DNA of 64,000 bases from contig JASCQW010000156.1 in the NCBI GenBank assembly GCA_030264375.1, positions 24,090,829-24,154,828 on the forward strand, read 5' to 3'. Shown piece by piece: positions 47,498 to 60,761 of the stretch (the first letter of the stretch is position 1; the number at the start of each line of letters is the position of its first letter). The notes below the pieces were generated by a model. That model ran no database searches. It saw only the letters and a list, made by a program, of their open reading frames with translations, and was not told the origin of the DNA. The DNA comes from Carcharhinus longimanus. Lineage: Eukaryota. A program made the position numbers and the translations under genes.

Positions 47498-48510
47498 TTA
47501 AGAACATAGGAGTAGGAGTGAGCCATTCAGCCCCTCGAGCTCACCCCACCATTCAGTACCATCATGGCTGATCTCACTCGTGGCCTCAAATCCACTTTCC
47601 AGCCCGTTCTCCATCAGCTTTCAATCCTTTACTAATTAAAAACTTGTTCATCTCCTCCTTAAAATTATTCAATGTCCCAGCATCTACTGTCCCACAGATT
47701 CATTACCCTTTGAGAGAAGTAGCTTCTCTTCATCTCTGTTTTAAATCTCTGTCATTCCCTTATCCTAAAAGTATGACCTCTTCTTCTAGATTATCCCACA
47801 AGTAGAAACATCTGCCCTAGGTCTATTTTATCCATGCCTTTTATTATCAATTAGATTTCCTCTCAATCTTCTGAGTTCTGTTTCAGCGTAATCTGTTCAA
47901 TCTCTCTTTGTATGACAAACCCCTCATCTCTGGAATCAATCTAGTGAAACTCCTCTGAACTGTCTCCAAAGCCACTACATCCTTCCTCGAGTAAGGGGAC
48001 CAAAACTGTGCACAATACTCCAGTGCCAGAATTTTACCGGCTCTCCCATCCCGGAATCGCAGCAGGCGAGGCTGGCAGAACGGAACTCTCCCCTGGCCTC
48101 GGGCAGGATGTTACGAGCCTTGCCTGGCACAGGTGTGGTCTCACACAGTTGCAGTCAGACCCCCCCACTTTTATATTCTATTCCTTTAGCTACAAATGCC
48201 AGAATTCCATTTGGAATGTGCACATGCTGAGACCTTCGGATCAATTTGNNNNNNNNNNNNNNNNNNNNNNNNNNNNNNNNNNNNNNNNNNNNNNNNNNNN
48301 NNNNNNNNNNNNNNNNNNNNNNNNNNNNNNNNNNNNNNNNNNNNNNNNTTGGACTTTAACCTGGTGTTGTGAGACTTCTTACTGTGTTTACCCCAGTCCA
48401 ACGCCGGCATCTCCACATCATGACCCTCCAGTGACTCCTGAAAGATCATCACCAATGCCTCCACAATCTCCTCAGCTATCTCTTTCAGAACCTTGAGGTG
48501 CAGTCCAGGA
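47498..48510 (-). mobile_element. CR1 LINE 3' portion carrying nested MITE and Penelope-terminus insertions
   Basis: CR1 tail at 47500, ORF2 C-terminal remnants (aaggggaccaaaactgtgcacaatactccag) and MEALVMIFQESL. Interrupted by a MITE at 48023-48125 and a Penelope-type end at 48349-48421. Confidence 0.75.
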
Positions 48511-49764
48511 AAGTAAACGGTTTTGTGATCTTGCCAAATTCTGAGCTATTGTCTCTGAATGACATGCGCAGGAAGCTGGGTTCTGCAAAGGGAAGCAGAT
48601 ATTTAACTTGGCCGTACTTGGTGCTCACAAAACACTGATTCCCAGCTTTAAAAACTTATAATCAGCCACGGTCTGGTTACACTTTGAGGTAAGGAGGAAG
48701 TGTTGGCTGGTTTGGATTTGTTTATATTCGGGACATACGGAATTTCCCATATGTGAATGTATTCCTTGTGTAGTTTAGGGTGGGAAGGAGAAAAACGAGA
48801 GGAATCTGTAAAGTGATTCGATGTGCTCGGATCGATTGGAAGTAGACCCTGGAGGAGCAGTGACATGGTTAGCAAGGAGGGTGAGTTGCAGAGAGGCAGA
48901 GTGGGAGCGGAGTGGGTTGGGGTGGTGGTGGTGGTGGTACAGGGGCAGGATTTAGTACAGAATGGGATACAGAAGAAGAAGTGTGGACAAAATGGAGATT
49001 GTGGAGGTCTGGAGACCCAGTGCACATTGGATACCCCAGGAAAAGAAAGACACAGAGGAGAGTCTGGGAGGTGGTGTTATTCTGAAGGTTGAAAGTAGTG
49101 ACTTGTGTCAAAAAAGAAGCAGCAGAATACAGTAACATTTCTGGGATCTTCTGATGGAGGCAGGGATTGTAATTATTACAATATTGTCAGATAAAATTCG
49201 ATTATATTACATTGGGTCAACTGCATCTGTTTTGACTTATCTCAATGGACAATGGCAGAGTCTTGATGAATTAGAATTATTATTGAATGTGCTCTCTCCA
49301 TCCCTCTTTTTACTCTCTCGCCAGTTCTCTCAGGGTGAGTTAGTTGAAATGTGAGCTTCTACCTGCAGAGGGAGAGATGCATTGTTTAGTGATATTGAGG
49401 TGGTAAGTCTTGCTGTGAAGATTGTAGTCTATTTATCAACATCATTTTATGATCATTGGTTTATTTTCATTCTTAAACCTATTGAAGTACTTTTCAAGAC
49501 CTTGGCTTTCTGTCAAACTGTAGAATTTGGATAGCAGGAGGTACAAAATTCTAGTATCTGACACACACACAGCAAGGAGCCTGCAGGCAATAAAACTCAA
49601 CTTCAGATAACAGGGGATACAAAATCCTCTCCTGTAAGTGACACTGAGCCTCAGAGAATATCTACACAAACCCATGATATTATAACCAACACTTTCTCTC
49701 AGGTTGAGGGTAATTTTGAGTTCCATTCCAATCCTTTCCCCACACCTAGTGGTGCACAGGGACA

Positions 49765-50205
49765 GATCATTTGATTTGATTTATTATAGTCACATGTTTT
49801 GGGATACAGTGAAAAGTATTATTTCTTGCATGCTATACAGACAAAACATACTGTTCATAGAGTACATAGGGGAGAAGGAAAAGAGAGAGTGCAGAATGTA
49901 GTGTTACAGTCATAGCTAGGGTGTAGAGAAAGATCAGCTTAATGAGAGGTAGGTTCATACAAAAGTCTGATGGCGGCAGGGAGTGTTCTTGAGTCCGTTG
50001 GTACGTGACCTCAGATTTTAGTATCTTTTTCCCAATGGAAGAAGGAATGTCCGGGGTGCGTGGAGTNNNNNNNNNNNNNNNNNNNNNNNNNNNNNNNNNN
50101 NNNNNNNNNNNNNNNNNNNNNNNNNNNNNNNNNNNNNNNNNNNNNNNNNNNNNNNNNNNNNNNNNNATGGAAGAAGGAATGTCCGGGGTGCGTGGAGTCC
50201 TTGAT
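49765..50205 (-). mobile_element. Rex1/Babar-type LINE 3' end
   Basis: IKDSTHPGHSFF motif and the same tail as 40795. Confidence 0.7.
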
Positions 50206-50469
50206 TTTGTCTCTTTCCATCGCAAATAGTTCCTGGAACAGGTCACTAGTCTGTCACTGGAGGACTTATCGTTTGAGGGACACTACTCCAAGAGTGGCTG
50301 ACCAGAATTCTCTCCCAGTTCTTACCATCAGCGACTGGCGTGTTTGGAAGGATTTTGCAGGACCACTCATAACCTGTTTGGCTGCATAATGAACGCGCCT
50401 TCCTTGCCCATCAAGTCCTGGGGCCAGACTTCGACCTGGAGCTTCTGGCTCAGAGGTAGAGACACTAAT

Positions 50470-50766
50470 ATGGTGGTGCAGTGGTTAGTACTGCTGCCTG
50501 ACAGCTCCAGGGCCCCGGGTTCAATTCCAGCCTTGGGTCACTGTTTGTGCAGAGTCTGCACATTCTCCTCGTGTTTGTGTGGGTTTCCTCTGGGTGCTCT
50601 GGTTTCCTCCTACAGTCCAAAAGACGTGCTGGTTAGGTGCATTGGCTGTGCTAAATTCTCCCCCAGTGCATCTGAACAGGTGCTGCAGTGTGATGACTAG
50701 GGGATTTTCACAGTAACTTCATTGCAATATTAATGTAAGCCTACTTGTAACAATAAGTAGATAAAC
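50470..50766 (+). mobile_element. HE1-like V-SINE, type-2 tail
   Basis: Tail gactaggggattttcacagtaacttcattgcaatattaatgtaagcctacttgtaacaataag. Confidence 0.82.
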
Positions 50767-50790
50767 TAACCCACTGTGCCACAAGACTAT

Positions 50791-50928
50791 GGGTGGAATT
50801 CTCCAGTCATTCATGCCAATGGGATTCTCCAGTCCCGCTGCAGTGAATGGAGATGTGGCTGAGTGTGAAATTCTCCATCCTAGCTGGCAGCGACGAGGGA
50901 GGCATGAATGGCCGGAGAATTCCAGCCC
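50791..50928. mobile_element. MITE with GGGTGGAATTCTCC / GGAGAATTCCAGCCC TIRs
   Basis: Terminal inverted repeats read directly. Confidence 0.6.
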
Positions 50929-51769
50929 TCGAGATTTGGGTAATAGTGTCAAACATATAAAATCCCCTTGGCCTGCTGTCAAACAACGTACCTGAGTTTT
51001 ATTTTAAATGTATTTGAATAAGCACCCTCATCTCCAGTTGACTGGAATATTAGAAAGTCCAACAGTTCCCAATATGGCTTGTATCTTTCCACGACTTTGT
51101 TCTTTATAATATGTTTTTTAAAAATATTTATTTAAGGAACCTTCAATATGGAGAATCTTCAAAAGGACCAGCTGTATTTAACCAGTGGGGGAAGGGGATA
51201 TCTGATAGTGATCTGGAAGCTGTAATCAATAAACTCTCAAGCGAAGACGATAAACAAAATTGAATTTGAGAAGGTAAGGGTTCCTCTCTCTGCTACATCA
51301 CAGCAGTAACAGTAACTGGTATTTATATAGAACCACTATCTGACGTAATAGAGTCTCTCAGGTTCATCACAGGAACAATTATGAAACAAAGTCAGATATC
51401 GAGCCACCTGAGATATCAAAATAGACGGCCAAAAGCTTGGTCAAGGAGATAAGGAGTGTCTTAAGGCTTACTAAGAGTAGCTTATCCCAGATCCAATCTC
51501 TGGCCCAAGGACAAACTATAAACTCTTTGTGAGTCCTCCCAAAGGGGAAATGAGAAGTGCCGGATCTCGGAGCTTTGACCAGAATATTATGGGTTTGATT
51601 TCTTCAGTTTGGTCACAGAGATTAAACTTTGCTTACAAAGTCAAAGCTGTGATAACCCGGTTACTATAANNNNNNNNNNNNNNNNNNNNNNNNNNNNNNN
51701 NNNNNNNNNNNNNNNNNNNNNNNNNNNNNNNNNNNNNNNNNNNNNNNNNNNNNNNNNNNNNNNNNNNNN

Positions 51770-53580
51770 AGATCAGATTGATATAGGTGCAGGTAAACTG
51801 CTGCTTCATCTGAAAAGGACCTGGGGCAATGAGCAGGGGGGAGGTAAAGGGGCAGGGGGAAAGGTGCATGGGAAGGTGCCGTGGGCAGGGGGAGAGGTGT
51901 TGGGTGTGATGGAGGAATGGACCAGGATGTCCTGGAGAAAACGGCCGCTGTGGAAGTACTGACAGGGGAGCGAGGGGAAGCTGTGTTGAGTGATCATGCT
52001 GGAGTTGGTGAAAATGGCGGAGGATGATCCTTTGAATGCAGAGGCTGGTGCGTGAAAAGTGAGGACAAGGGGTCCCTATCCTGGAGGGGGTGAGAGCACT
52101 GGCCTGGGGATGGGTCGGACACGGTTGAGAGTTCTGTCAACCACAGTGAGTGGAAAAACCACGATTGAGGAAGAGGGAGGTCATATTGGCAGCGCTGTTT
52201 TGGAAAGTGACATCATCAGAACAGATGCGGCAGAGGAGAAGGAACTGAGTGAAGTCCTTACAGAATGTGGGATGTGAAGAGCTGTTGCCAAGGTAGTTGT
52301 GGGAGTTGGTTGGCTTGTAATAGATACTGGTGGGCAGTTTATCACCAGAAATAGAGACAGAAAGGTCAAGAAAGTGTAGTGTCAGAGATGGATCATGTGG
52401 AGGTGATAGAGGGGTGGAAATTGGAATTGAAATTGATCATTTTTTCCAGGTCCAGGCGACAGCATGAAGCAGCACCAAAATAATCATCGATGTACCAATA
52501 AAGGAGTTGTGGGAGGGTTAGGAATGGAACAGGGAATGCCCCACATAACTGATAAAGAGATGGCACAACTGGGACCCATGCAGGTACCCATAGCCACACC
52601 TTTTATTTGGAGAAAGTGAGCCGAGTTAAAGGGGAAATTGTTGAGTGAGAGAATCGGTTCAGGCTGATGGAGGAAAGTGGAGGTGGACAAGAATTATTCA
52701 GGCCTCTGTACGAGGAAGAAGTGAAGAGCTCCGAGTCCATCCTGATGGGGAATGGAAGTGTAGAGGGATTGGACATCCATGGTGAGGAGGAGGCGTAGGG
52801 CACCGGAGGAATCACAGATGTAGGTGGGAAAGGACTGGGCAAGAGAAGAGAGAATAGAGTCAAGATAGGAGGAAATGAGTTCAGTGAGGCAGGAACAAGC
52901 TGAGATTGTGGGCCTGTTGGGGCAGTCCTGTTTGTAGATTTTGGGAAGAAGGTAGAAGTGGACTGTCAGGGCTGGGAGATTGAGGTTGGAGGCTGTGGAG
53001 GGAAGATCTCTGGAGGAGATGAGGTCATTGACAGTCCTGGAAACAATAGCTTGATGTTTGGTGGTGGGGCCATGGTCCAGGGGGAGGTAGCAAGAAGCGT
53101 CCGAGAGGTAGAGATCCTTACACCAGGCAGGAAGATCCCAAAGTGAATCTCAGCCAAGTGTTCTTGTAGCTGTACCTGATATTAGCTTACAAAATCTGAA
53201 GAATATGCACAACTGGAGGGGGAAAAACCAGCCCTGGTCAGCGGGATTTAATAAGAAGGTCAGAGTTGGTCCTAAGAGGGAAACGTGCAGCAAGTTCAGA
53301 AGGAGACAAGTTAGAGTGGCTGAGGGCAACAGAGAAATTGAGACGGCCGGTGTCAAACCAACAGTTCTCGATGAAAAGATCAAGAGCAGGTAAGAGGCCA
53401 GAGGGGGAGGTCCAGGTGGAGGGGGGAATGCTGAGGCTGGGTGGAAGAATCTGCTGAATGGGGAGAGGAATCCTGCCCAAAGAAGTGAGCACGGAGACAA
53501 AGATGGCGGAAGAAGAGTTCAGCGATGTGTTGAGCCCAAAATTTATTGATGTGAGGACGTAAGGATACAAAGCCAAGTCC
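51770..53580 (-). mobile_element. Decayed Penelope-like retroelement (RT and start of GIY-YIG)
   Basis: Frameshifted remnants LSLNNFPFNSAHFLQIKGVAMGTCMGPS, WYIDDYFGA...INFNSNFHPSI and PFQMKQQFTCT are characteristic Penelope-like RT/EN motifs. Confidence 0.85.
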
Positions 53581-53805
53581 TTGCTGAGTACCCAGTACTC
53601 ACAATTGGTGCTCTTTGGAGCTCAGTCTGGGGAGGTGATGGCCTAGTGTTACCATCGGCCTATTCAATTCTAACAGGGTAGATTCAAAAAGAATGTTCCT
53701 GATGGTGGGGGAGTCCAGAACTAGGGGTCGTAGTTTGAGGAGAGGGGGTAAACCTTTTAGGACTGAGGTGAGGAGAAATTTCTTCAGCCAGAGACTGGTG
53801 AATAA

Positions 53806-54195
53806 GGGGAGGCCTAGTTGTACTATCCGAGACTATTAATCCAGAAACTCAGCTAATGTTCTCGGGACCCAGGTTCAAATCCCGCCACAGCAGATGCTGA
53901 AATTTGAATTTAATAAAAAAAATCTGGAATTAAGAATCTATTGATGACCATTGTCGACTGTTGGAAAAACCCAATATCCTTTAGGGAAGGAAATCTGCTG
54001 TCGCTTATCTGATCTGGCCTATATGTGACTCCAGAGCCACAGCAATGTGGTTGACTTTCAACTGTCCTCAGCCAACCAGGAATGGGCAATAAATGTCCCA
54101 CGAATGAATGAAAACAAAGCCACTCAGTTCAAGGACAGTAAATGATGGACAATAAATAGTGGCGCAGCCATCAAGGTCCACATCCAATTACTGAA
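53806..54195 (+). mobile_element. Second tRNA-derived SINE family, near full length
   Basis: Head with ggttcaaatcccgcc, core ctttagggaaggaaatctgctgtc...gtgactccagagccacagcaatgtggttgact, tail gggcaataaatg...gaatgaatg. Preceded by a CR1 fragment at 53665-53803. Confidence 0.78.
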
Positions 54196-54847
54196 TTTCA
54201 AAAATGTCAATGATGGGTTAAATGTCTCTGACTCCCCACAATCTCAAACGTCAGCTGGTGTAAGAATTTCAGCATAACAGAGCTCTCTTGAGGTCTGACA
54301 TATTAGCTATGATTCCGAGTCAGTAGTTTCAAGTCCCACTCTGGGGAATCTAGTACACCATTGGAGTGCTCTTCAGTGTGGTGCTGAGGCAGCGCTGCAT
54401 TGTTGGAATCTTTCCATCAAGGCCGCACTCGAGAGAGAGGAAGGGAGTTCTTTTGGTTCCCAGGCCTCAACCAACAGACTGCCTGCTATTGCTGTTGGTG
54501 TGAGCGTGCTGTGTGTCCATTGGTTTCTGTGTTTGGATCACTGCTAACAGTGACTACATTTCCAAATGATTCCATTAGTTACGAAGCAGGTTGAGACAGC
54601 CTGATGGAGTGAGTAGCAAGCGGTGGCTGCCAGTCCTTTTTATTTTGTGCTTTATACTTGATGTTATGAATATGTAATCAGAATGGATTTTTTCAGACCC
54701 TGTTTTCAGTGATATTTCTAGAGTTTGTGGTTGATGGACTATCGCCAGTCCCATTCTCAAAAACTGAAGGTAAATGCCCAAGACATGGGTGGAACTGTTT
54801 ATAAGAAAATGATTATATTTTTCTCCCTTTTATGGGGTATGGGCTTG

Positions 54848-55830
54848 TATTTATCCCTAGTTTCCCTTGAGAAGCTGTCTTCTTGAACTGCTGCCTTCCA
54901 TATGATGTAGGTATACCCGCAATGCTGTTAGGGATGGGTTCCAGGATTTTGACGCAGTGACAATGGAGGAAGGGAGATGTATCTCCAAATCGGGATGGTG
55001 AGTGACTTGGAAGGGAACTTGTAAGTGGTGATGTCCCAATGCACTTTGTCTTTGTAAGTGATAAAGCCTTTGGAAGATGCTGTGAAAGGACCCTTGGTGA
55101 ATTGCTGCTGTGCCTCTTGTAAATGGTACACACTGCTGCTGGTGCAGGGAGTTGATGTTTATGGATGTGGTGCTAATCAAACGAGGCTGCTTTTCCTGGA
55201 TGGTGTTGAGCTTCTTGGGTGATGTTGGAGCTGCACCCATCCAGGCAAGTGGAGAATATTCCATTACACTCCAGACTTGTATCCTGAAACTAGTGGACAG
55301 GCTTTGGGAAGTCAGGCCGTGCCACAGGATTCCTAGTCTTTGACCCCCCACTCTGATAGCCACAATATTTCTGTGGCGAGTCCAATTCAGGTTCTGGTCA
55401 ACCCCCTGAATGTTGTGAGTAACATTGTACAATCATCAACCAACATCTCCACTTCTGTCCTTATAATGGAGGGAAGGTCATTGATGAAGGAACTGACAGT
55501 GTTTGGGTCTAGGACACACTACCCTGAGGAATTCCTGTAGTGATGTCCGCTGATTAAATAATTGGACTTCAGCCACCACAGCCATCTTCCTTTGTGCTAA
55601 GTTTGACTCCAGCCAGCAGTGTTTGATTCCCATTGGCTTCAGTTTTGTGAGGCTTCCTGATAGCTCAGTTGATCAAATTCTGCTTTGATGTCAAGGGCAG
55701 CCACTCTTACCTCCCTATCCGAGCTCAGTCCTTTTGGCCATCTTTGGAACAAGGCTGTGATGAGGTCAGGAGCTGAGTGACCCTGGCAGAACCCAGACTG
55801 GGCGTCAGTGAACAGATTATTGCTGAGTGT
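54848..55830 (-). mobile_element. Decayed LINE of the same family as 12650-13907
   Basis: Translation QVWSVMEYSPLAWMGAAPTSPKKLNTIQEK and KSWNPSL; reverse complement of the 13400-13850 sequence. Confidence 0.78.
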
Positions 55831-56264
55831 TGCTCGATTGCCATGGCAACAGCTTCACTCGTGCCTGTTCTGACATCACAGTTTATCACATCATAGATCA
55901 AAAACAGTCCAGCTTTTCCTCCCTCCTCTTCCTAACAAAATAAAGGTTCAATCCATGTCTTCTCTCCTTCTCATCTCAATAAACTCCTGAATTCCCTCAC
56001 TTTCCCCAATCTCATATCACAGATTAGAGCTCATCTTTGGCCAAACCACATGATTGTTAAGATTCTGGGGGAGTTGAGTGGCTAGATGCGTTTACCTTTG
56101 ATTGAAAATTCTAAAGCTGGAGGTCATGGGCTCAGGATTGGGCATTGTCCTTTAGGACAGAGAAGAAGAGAGCTTTCACCACTTGGCGATTAATGGATCT
56201 GGCCCAGTGAATTGTGGCTGGTCAGTCATTGAGAATGTCCAAATCAGAGAACTTAAAACATCTC

Positions 56265-56535
56265 CCACCCTATCTCAGTAACCCCATGCATTTTCCACAG
56301 TCAATCCTCTAACCTGCACATCTTTGTACACTAAGGAGTAATTTAGCATGGCCAATCCACCCAATCTGCACAGCTTTGGTGTGTGGGAGAAAACTGGAGC
56401 ACCTGGAGGAAACCCATGCAGACATGGGGAGAACATGCAGACTCCACACAGGCAGTAACCTGAGGTCAGGAAGTGAACCTGGGTCCCTGGCACTGTGAAG
56501 GAGCAGTGCTAATCACTGTGCCACCATGCTGCCCA
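56265..56535 (-). mobile_element. HE1-like V-SINE
   Basis: Reverse complement of the HE1-like consensus. Confidence 0.82.
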
Positions 56536-57327
56536 AATTCATTAGTGCGGAGTTGCTTTGGAACATTCTGGTCAAAAAAAATGAATAAAGCATAATTGGA
56601 ATACAGACCTGGTCTTGTTAAATAGTTTGTATGGATTTTTTTTTCTATTAGTGCCCTTCTGTCTTGGTATAAGGCAAATTAACAATATTACATCACCATC
56701 GATAACATGGTTGTCCTTTGTGGATATTCTAGTTTTCCCCACAGTTTTTGAGATGTATATGAAGAAACTAAACATTGACTTTGTGTATTTCTCCAATGAC
56801 GGAGGAATCAACGATGTTACTCTGGAACTACTTGAAGATTTATCCAGTCATCAAGATAAGTTGATAATTATTTCTCCCTCCATTTAATTCTGTTTTGTTT
56901 TCAAATCGAAGAAGCTTCACAAGCAGAAGAGGCAAAATTAAAGAAAAGGTACTTCGATATCTGCAAGATTCCTTCCTAACTCAATGGGTGGGATTTTCTG
57001 GTCTTTCCCATTGGTGGAATCTTCCAGTTGAAGATGACAACCCCTCCTCCCCCCACTTCTTGTGCTTGGTTGGGGTGGGTGAGCCACTTACCTGCTCCCT
57101 GGCCCCACAGTTTCAATGGACCATTTAAGTTTACCTGGTGCTGTAATACTGAGGGCGGTGGGGGGGGGGGGGGGAATGTCCTCCATCAATCCAATGATAC
57201 TGGATGTTGGCAAGGGACCTTGATGACAGTCCAGATCTCACCTGGCTTTGATTGAAAAGTCAGGCATGAAAGAAATTTAGCATTAACAATTGTTCTCGGA
57301 GTGAAAATCTTGTGCTGACTGGCATAG

Positions 57328-58037
57328 TGTGATGTTAGTGTCCCTTTAAGAAAGTTTTCTTTTTAATCATGATCTCTGCAGTTCTCATGGCCAGTATTTC
57401 TCACATTCACAGCCTTAGCTGATGTCATTGTTGGTGAAGGAAAAAAACTACGGGCAGGTCAAGTGATAGAAGTTTTTCAGCTTTGTTATGTTTTGGCTGC
57501 AGTGTTAAAAACAGTCTTAGAAGCAAGCTGGAAAGGAAGTCTGTTTCTCTCTCTGTTTTGCTTTGAAAATGTTACCAGTTAGCTGAAAGAAAGGCTTGTT
57601 GCCACTCTGTAGTAATTAATCTGAGCTCTGGAAAGCAGTCTTGTCTTCAAACTGTTCTGAGTCTCAAAAGCATTAGACTGCAGAATCCAACCAAGGGCCT
57701 CGATCTCTGTGTCAAGTGACCATTAGTCTGTGCTGTATTAAACTTGTGAAAAGGGTTTCTGTTGTCTATGGGCTTTGGTTTTAATTGGAACACATCAGAG
57801 ATATTCATTAAGCATCATTTATTATAGCGACTGTTTTGTTTCTTGTTTGTAATTGATAAAAGTTCTTGCTAATTTTTTTACTATGCATGTTAACTATATT
57901 CTTAAATAAACTTTGTTTGGTAAAAGCTCCCTAGTGGGTCATTTGAATCAAATCTGAAGTGGAACATCTCATGCTCACCCTAGCCAAATTGCAAAACTTA
58001 TGATCTAGGCGGGCTTCATAAAACTTGAAGCATAACA
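57328..58037 (+). mobile_element. Solo LTR, same family as 3171-3865
   Basis: Starts TGTGATGTTAGTG, ends ...CATAACA, internal AATAAA at ~57905; homologous to 3171-3865 in opposite orientation. No TSD evident. Confidence 0.6.
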
Positions 58038-58206
58038 AAAAGCGAGGAGGTTAATATCCCCAACAGTTCACCCTCCACAACTGGATTCTTGACCTTGGCC
58101 TTTGACCTCCTCCCAAACCCCTGAAATAGGGATCAGAAAAATCTTCTCCACACAGTCACACACACACACACAAATTGGAAAGAAACATTAAAACTTCAGG
58201 ATGCAT

Positions 58207-58212
58207 TTTATT
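58207..58212 (-). promoter_or_regulatory. Candidate polyadenylation signal of the EFHD2-like gene
   Basis: AATAAA on the - strand with a GT-rich tract ~40 nt downstream (cacacaca at 58150-58172 on +). Confidence 0.4.
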
Positions 58213-60399
58213 CATTAGAACATATGTATAATTAGAATTCTTTTTGGTAAGAAAATCAAAAATAGTTTCTTTCACACAAACTTCCTTCAGGTGAAGGAAT
58301 TTCAGACAGTGACAGTACAACATTATAGAAAATACAGCATTCTTTTTTCAGTATTCACACAGGTGAAATATACAAGAGATGGCAGCAACATTCATTATAT
58401 AAATGTTCCGCAGGTTCATTGGTGTTGGAGTGACTCAGTGAGCTGTGGTTCTCTCACTGAGAGTCTTCCCCCCTCCCAACAAGCCCTGTTCATTGTCCCA
58501 CTCCCCTGGGAACACAATTCCATTGCTCTGCAAGACAGGACACGAGCAAAATCACACAGGGGAAATAAAAACTTTCCATTCAAAGTACACAGCACGGAGT
58601 TAAGACACGAGACATGCCACATACAGACAGTCAGACACAGGCATGCACAGCAGACAGACACACCCCAGCCTCTACCATCCCAGACACGGTGAAAACCAAC
58701 GGTGCAAAGACAGACTTATTCTTGCCAATGGATGGTGAGGAGTGGGAGGGACACACAAAGTGTCAATTAAACCTTCCACCCCCTAACTCTGCCTTAACTC
58801 TGGATTTCCCCACCCAGTGGCTCCTCACAGTCAGGCAGGGGACACAGGCCGCCCAGTGAGAGGTGACACAGCAATACCGAAGGAAGGGATGGGGGAGGGG
58901 GAGGCATGTGGGGAGAGGGAGAAGTGGGAGGGTGATGGATGGTGTGGCAAGGGGGGACTGAAGGGGGTGATGAATGGGGAGGGGGGCTGTGGAGGTGTGA
59001 TGGATGGGGAGGGGAAGCTGTGGGAGGGTTCAGCCCACCCGCCCTGCGAGTGACGCACTGGCTGGGAGATGGGTTACGTGGAGCTGAGCGATTGCAGCTG
59101 TTCGTGGACTATCTTGAGAATCACGGGCACGGCCCAGAGATCGAGCGCACCAGGCCTGGGGTCAAAGGTCTGCAGCACCAGGGTCAGGGCTACTGGGTCA
59201 CTCAGTAGCTCCCCTCACCTTTAGAGCAAAGCCTTTCCAGGTGTCCCCAAAGGGGAAAACAGACTGTGGCGAGGGTGGAAGGGAAACCCTCTCTGCACCC
59301 CACTCAGAGCACCCATTCCCCGTTTCAGGTTGTCCTTTGACACTCAGCTCACTGTTGTTCTGTGTCTCAATGTGCCGCTAGTAACACCCTTCCTAGCCAT
59401 CATCACTACCTTTTACATTCCCTTTGTTCTATTGTCCATGACATATTTGTCAATCTCTCCCGAACCTCTATCCAGCTCCGACTGCCTCACACTCCCATCC
59501 CCACCCCCACCGCCTCACTCCCCCACCCCCACTCCAACTGCCTCACTCCCCAGCTCTCACCCCATAACAGTATCAATCTCCCCCTCTGAAAACTGTAAAC
59601 AGACTGGCTCACTGGTGGAGGTTTGGACCCCCTCCCCCCCTCATTATGAACAAGAACGATGGATGTGATCAACACAACAGACCAAGACACCAGCCAACCA
59701 GACAGCAATCAGCCCCACTCACTCCAGCGTTAGCCATGCACAGGAATGTATCCGGGTTGGAATGGAGTCTTCCCCAGCTGGAGGCTGAACCCACACCATT
59801 CCCACAGAGACTGGGACACCGCGGAATTGGCCCATCCGGATGTAGAGACAGAAAATGGTGGAAGCACCCAGCTGGTCAGGTAAACACGTGTAAAGAAGGG
59901 AAAGGTGCGAACTTTTCAGATTTAACCCTCTTTCTGTAAAGGGTTAAACCCAAAATGTTTAACGTTTCGCCTCCTCTTTGTCCCTGACCTGCTGCATGTG
60001 TCTGAAATATTTTGTGCCAGACTTCCAGCATCTTCCTGGTTTCATTCAGCTCCCTGGTACGTGTGGGAATCTCACCCTGAGCAATGCACCTATTGTTCAA
60101 ACATACCCCCCTTTCCCTCTCCCTCTGCTATGATAGTGAAATAAGCCAGGCATCATCTCAAAAATGTACTCCAAGCAAACACAGGATTAAAAAAAAGGAT
60201 TATTCCAGAGATATTATTTAATTGCTGTGTTGCAATCCCAGATTTCCTGGGGAATGGTGACTGGGACCGAGGAACATTTAAATACGCCTCCTTTATCTCA
60301 GAACGTCTAAATCAGCCGAATTTGTTTTGGCAAGTTTTAAGTTTCATTTTTAAGACACTGAACAAAACCGTGACGGTGTTGCCACGAAACAACAACTCG

Positions 60400-60761
60400 C
60401 TCGAGCCTCTCGTTCCAGAACCCCCTCGAGCCTCTCGTTCCAGAACCCCCTCGAGCCTCTCGTTCCAGAACCCCCCCTCGAGCCTCTCGTTCCAGAACCC
60501 CCCTCGAGCCTCTCGTTCCAGAACCCCCCTCGAGCCTCTCGTTCCAGAACCCCCCTCGAGCCTCTCGTTCCAGAACCCCCCTCGAGCCTCTCGTTCCAGA
60601 NNNNNNNNNNNNNNNNNNNNNNNNNNNNNNNNNNNNNNNNNNNNNNNNNNNNNNNNNNNNNNNNNNNNNNNNNNNNNNNNNNNNNNNNNNNNNNNNNNNN
60701 GTTCCAGAACCCCCTCGAGCCTCTCGTTCCAGAACCCCCCTCGAGCCTCTCGTTCCAGAAC
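60400..60761 (+). repeat. Minisatellite, ~25-nt unit CTCGAGCCTCTCGTTCCAGAAC(C)n
   Basis: About 10 near-identical units visible on both sides of a gap; units differ only in C-run length. Confidence 0.95.

Noticed and set aside
59040-59220. GC-rich exon-like block (ELLSDPVALTLVLQTFDPRPG... on -)
   Set aside because: An in-frame stop lies just upstream, there is no compatible splice phase and no recognisable homology; more likely UTR.
60400-60761. CRISPR-like regular repeat
   Set aside because: Units are contiguous with no unique spacers, there are no cas genes, and the context is vertebrate; it is a minisatellite. The ORFs over it are artefacts.
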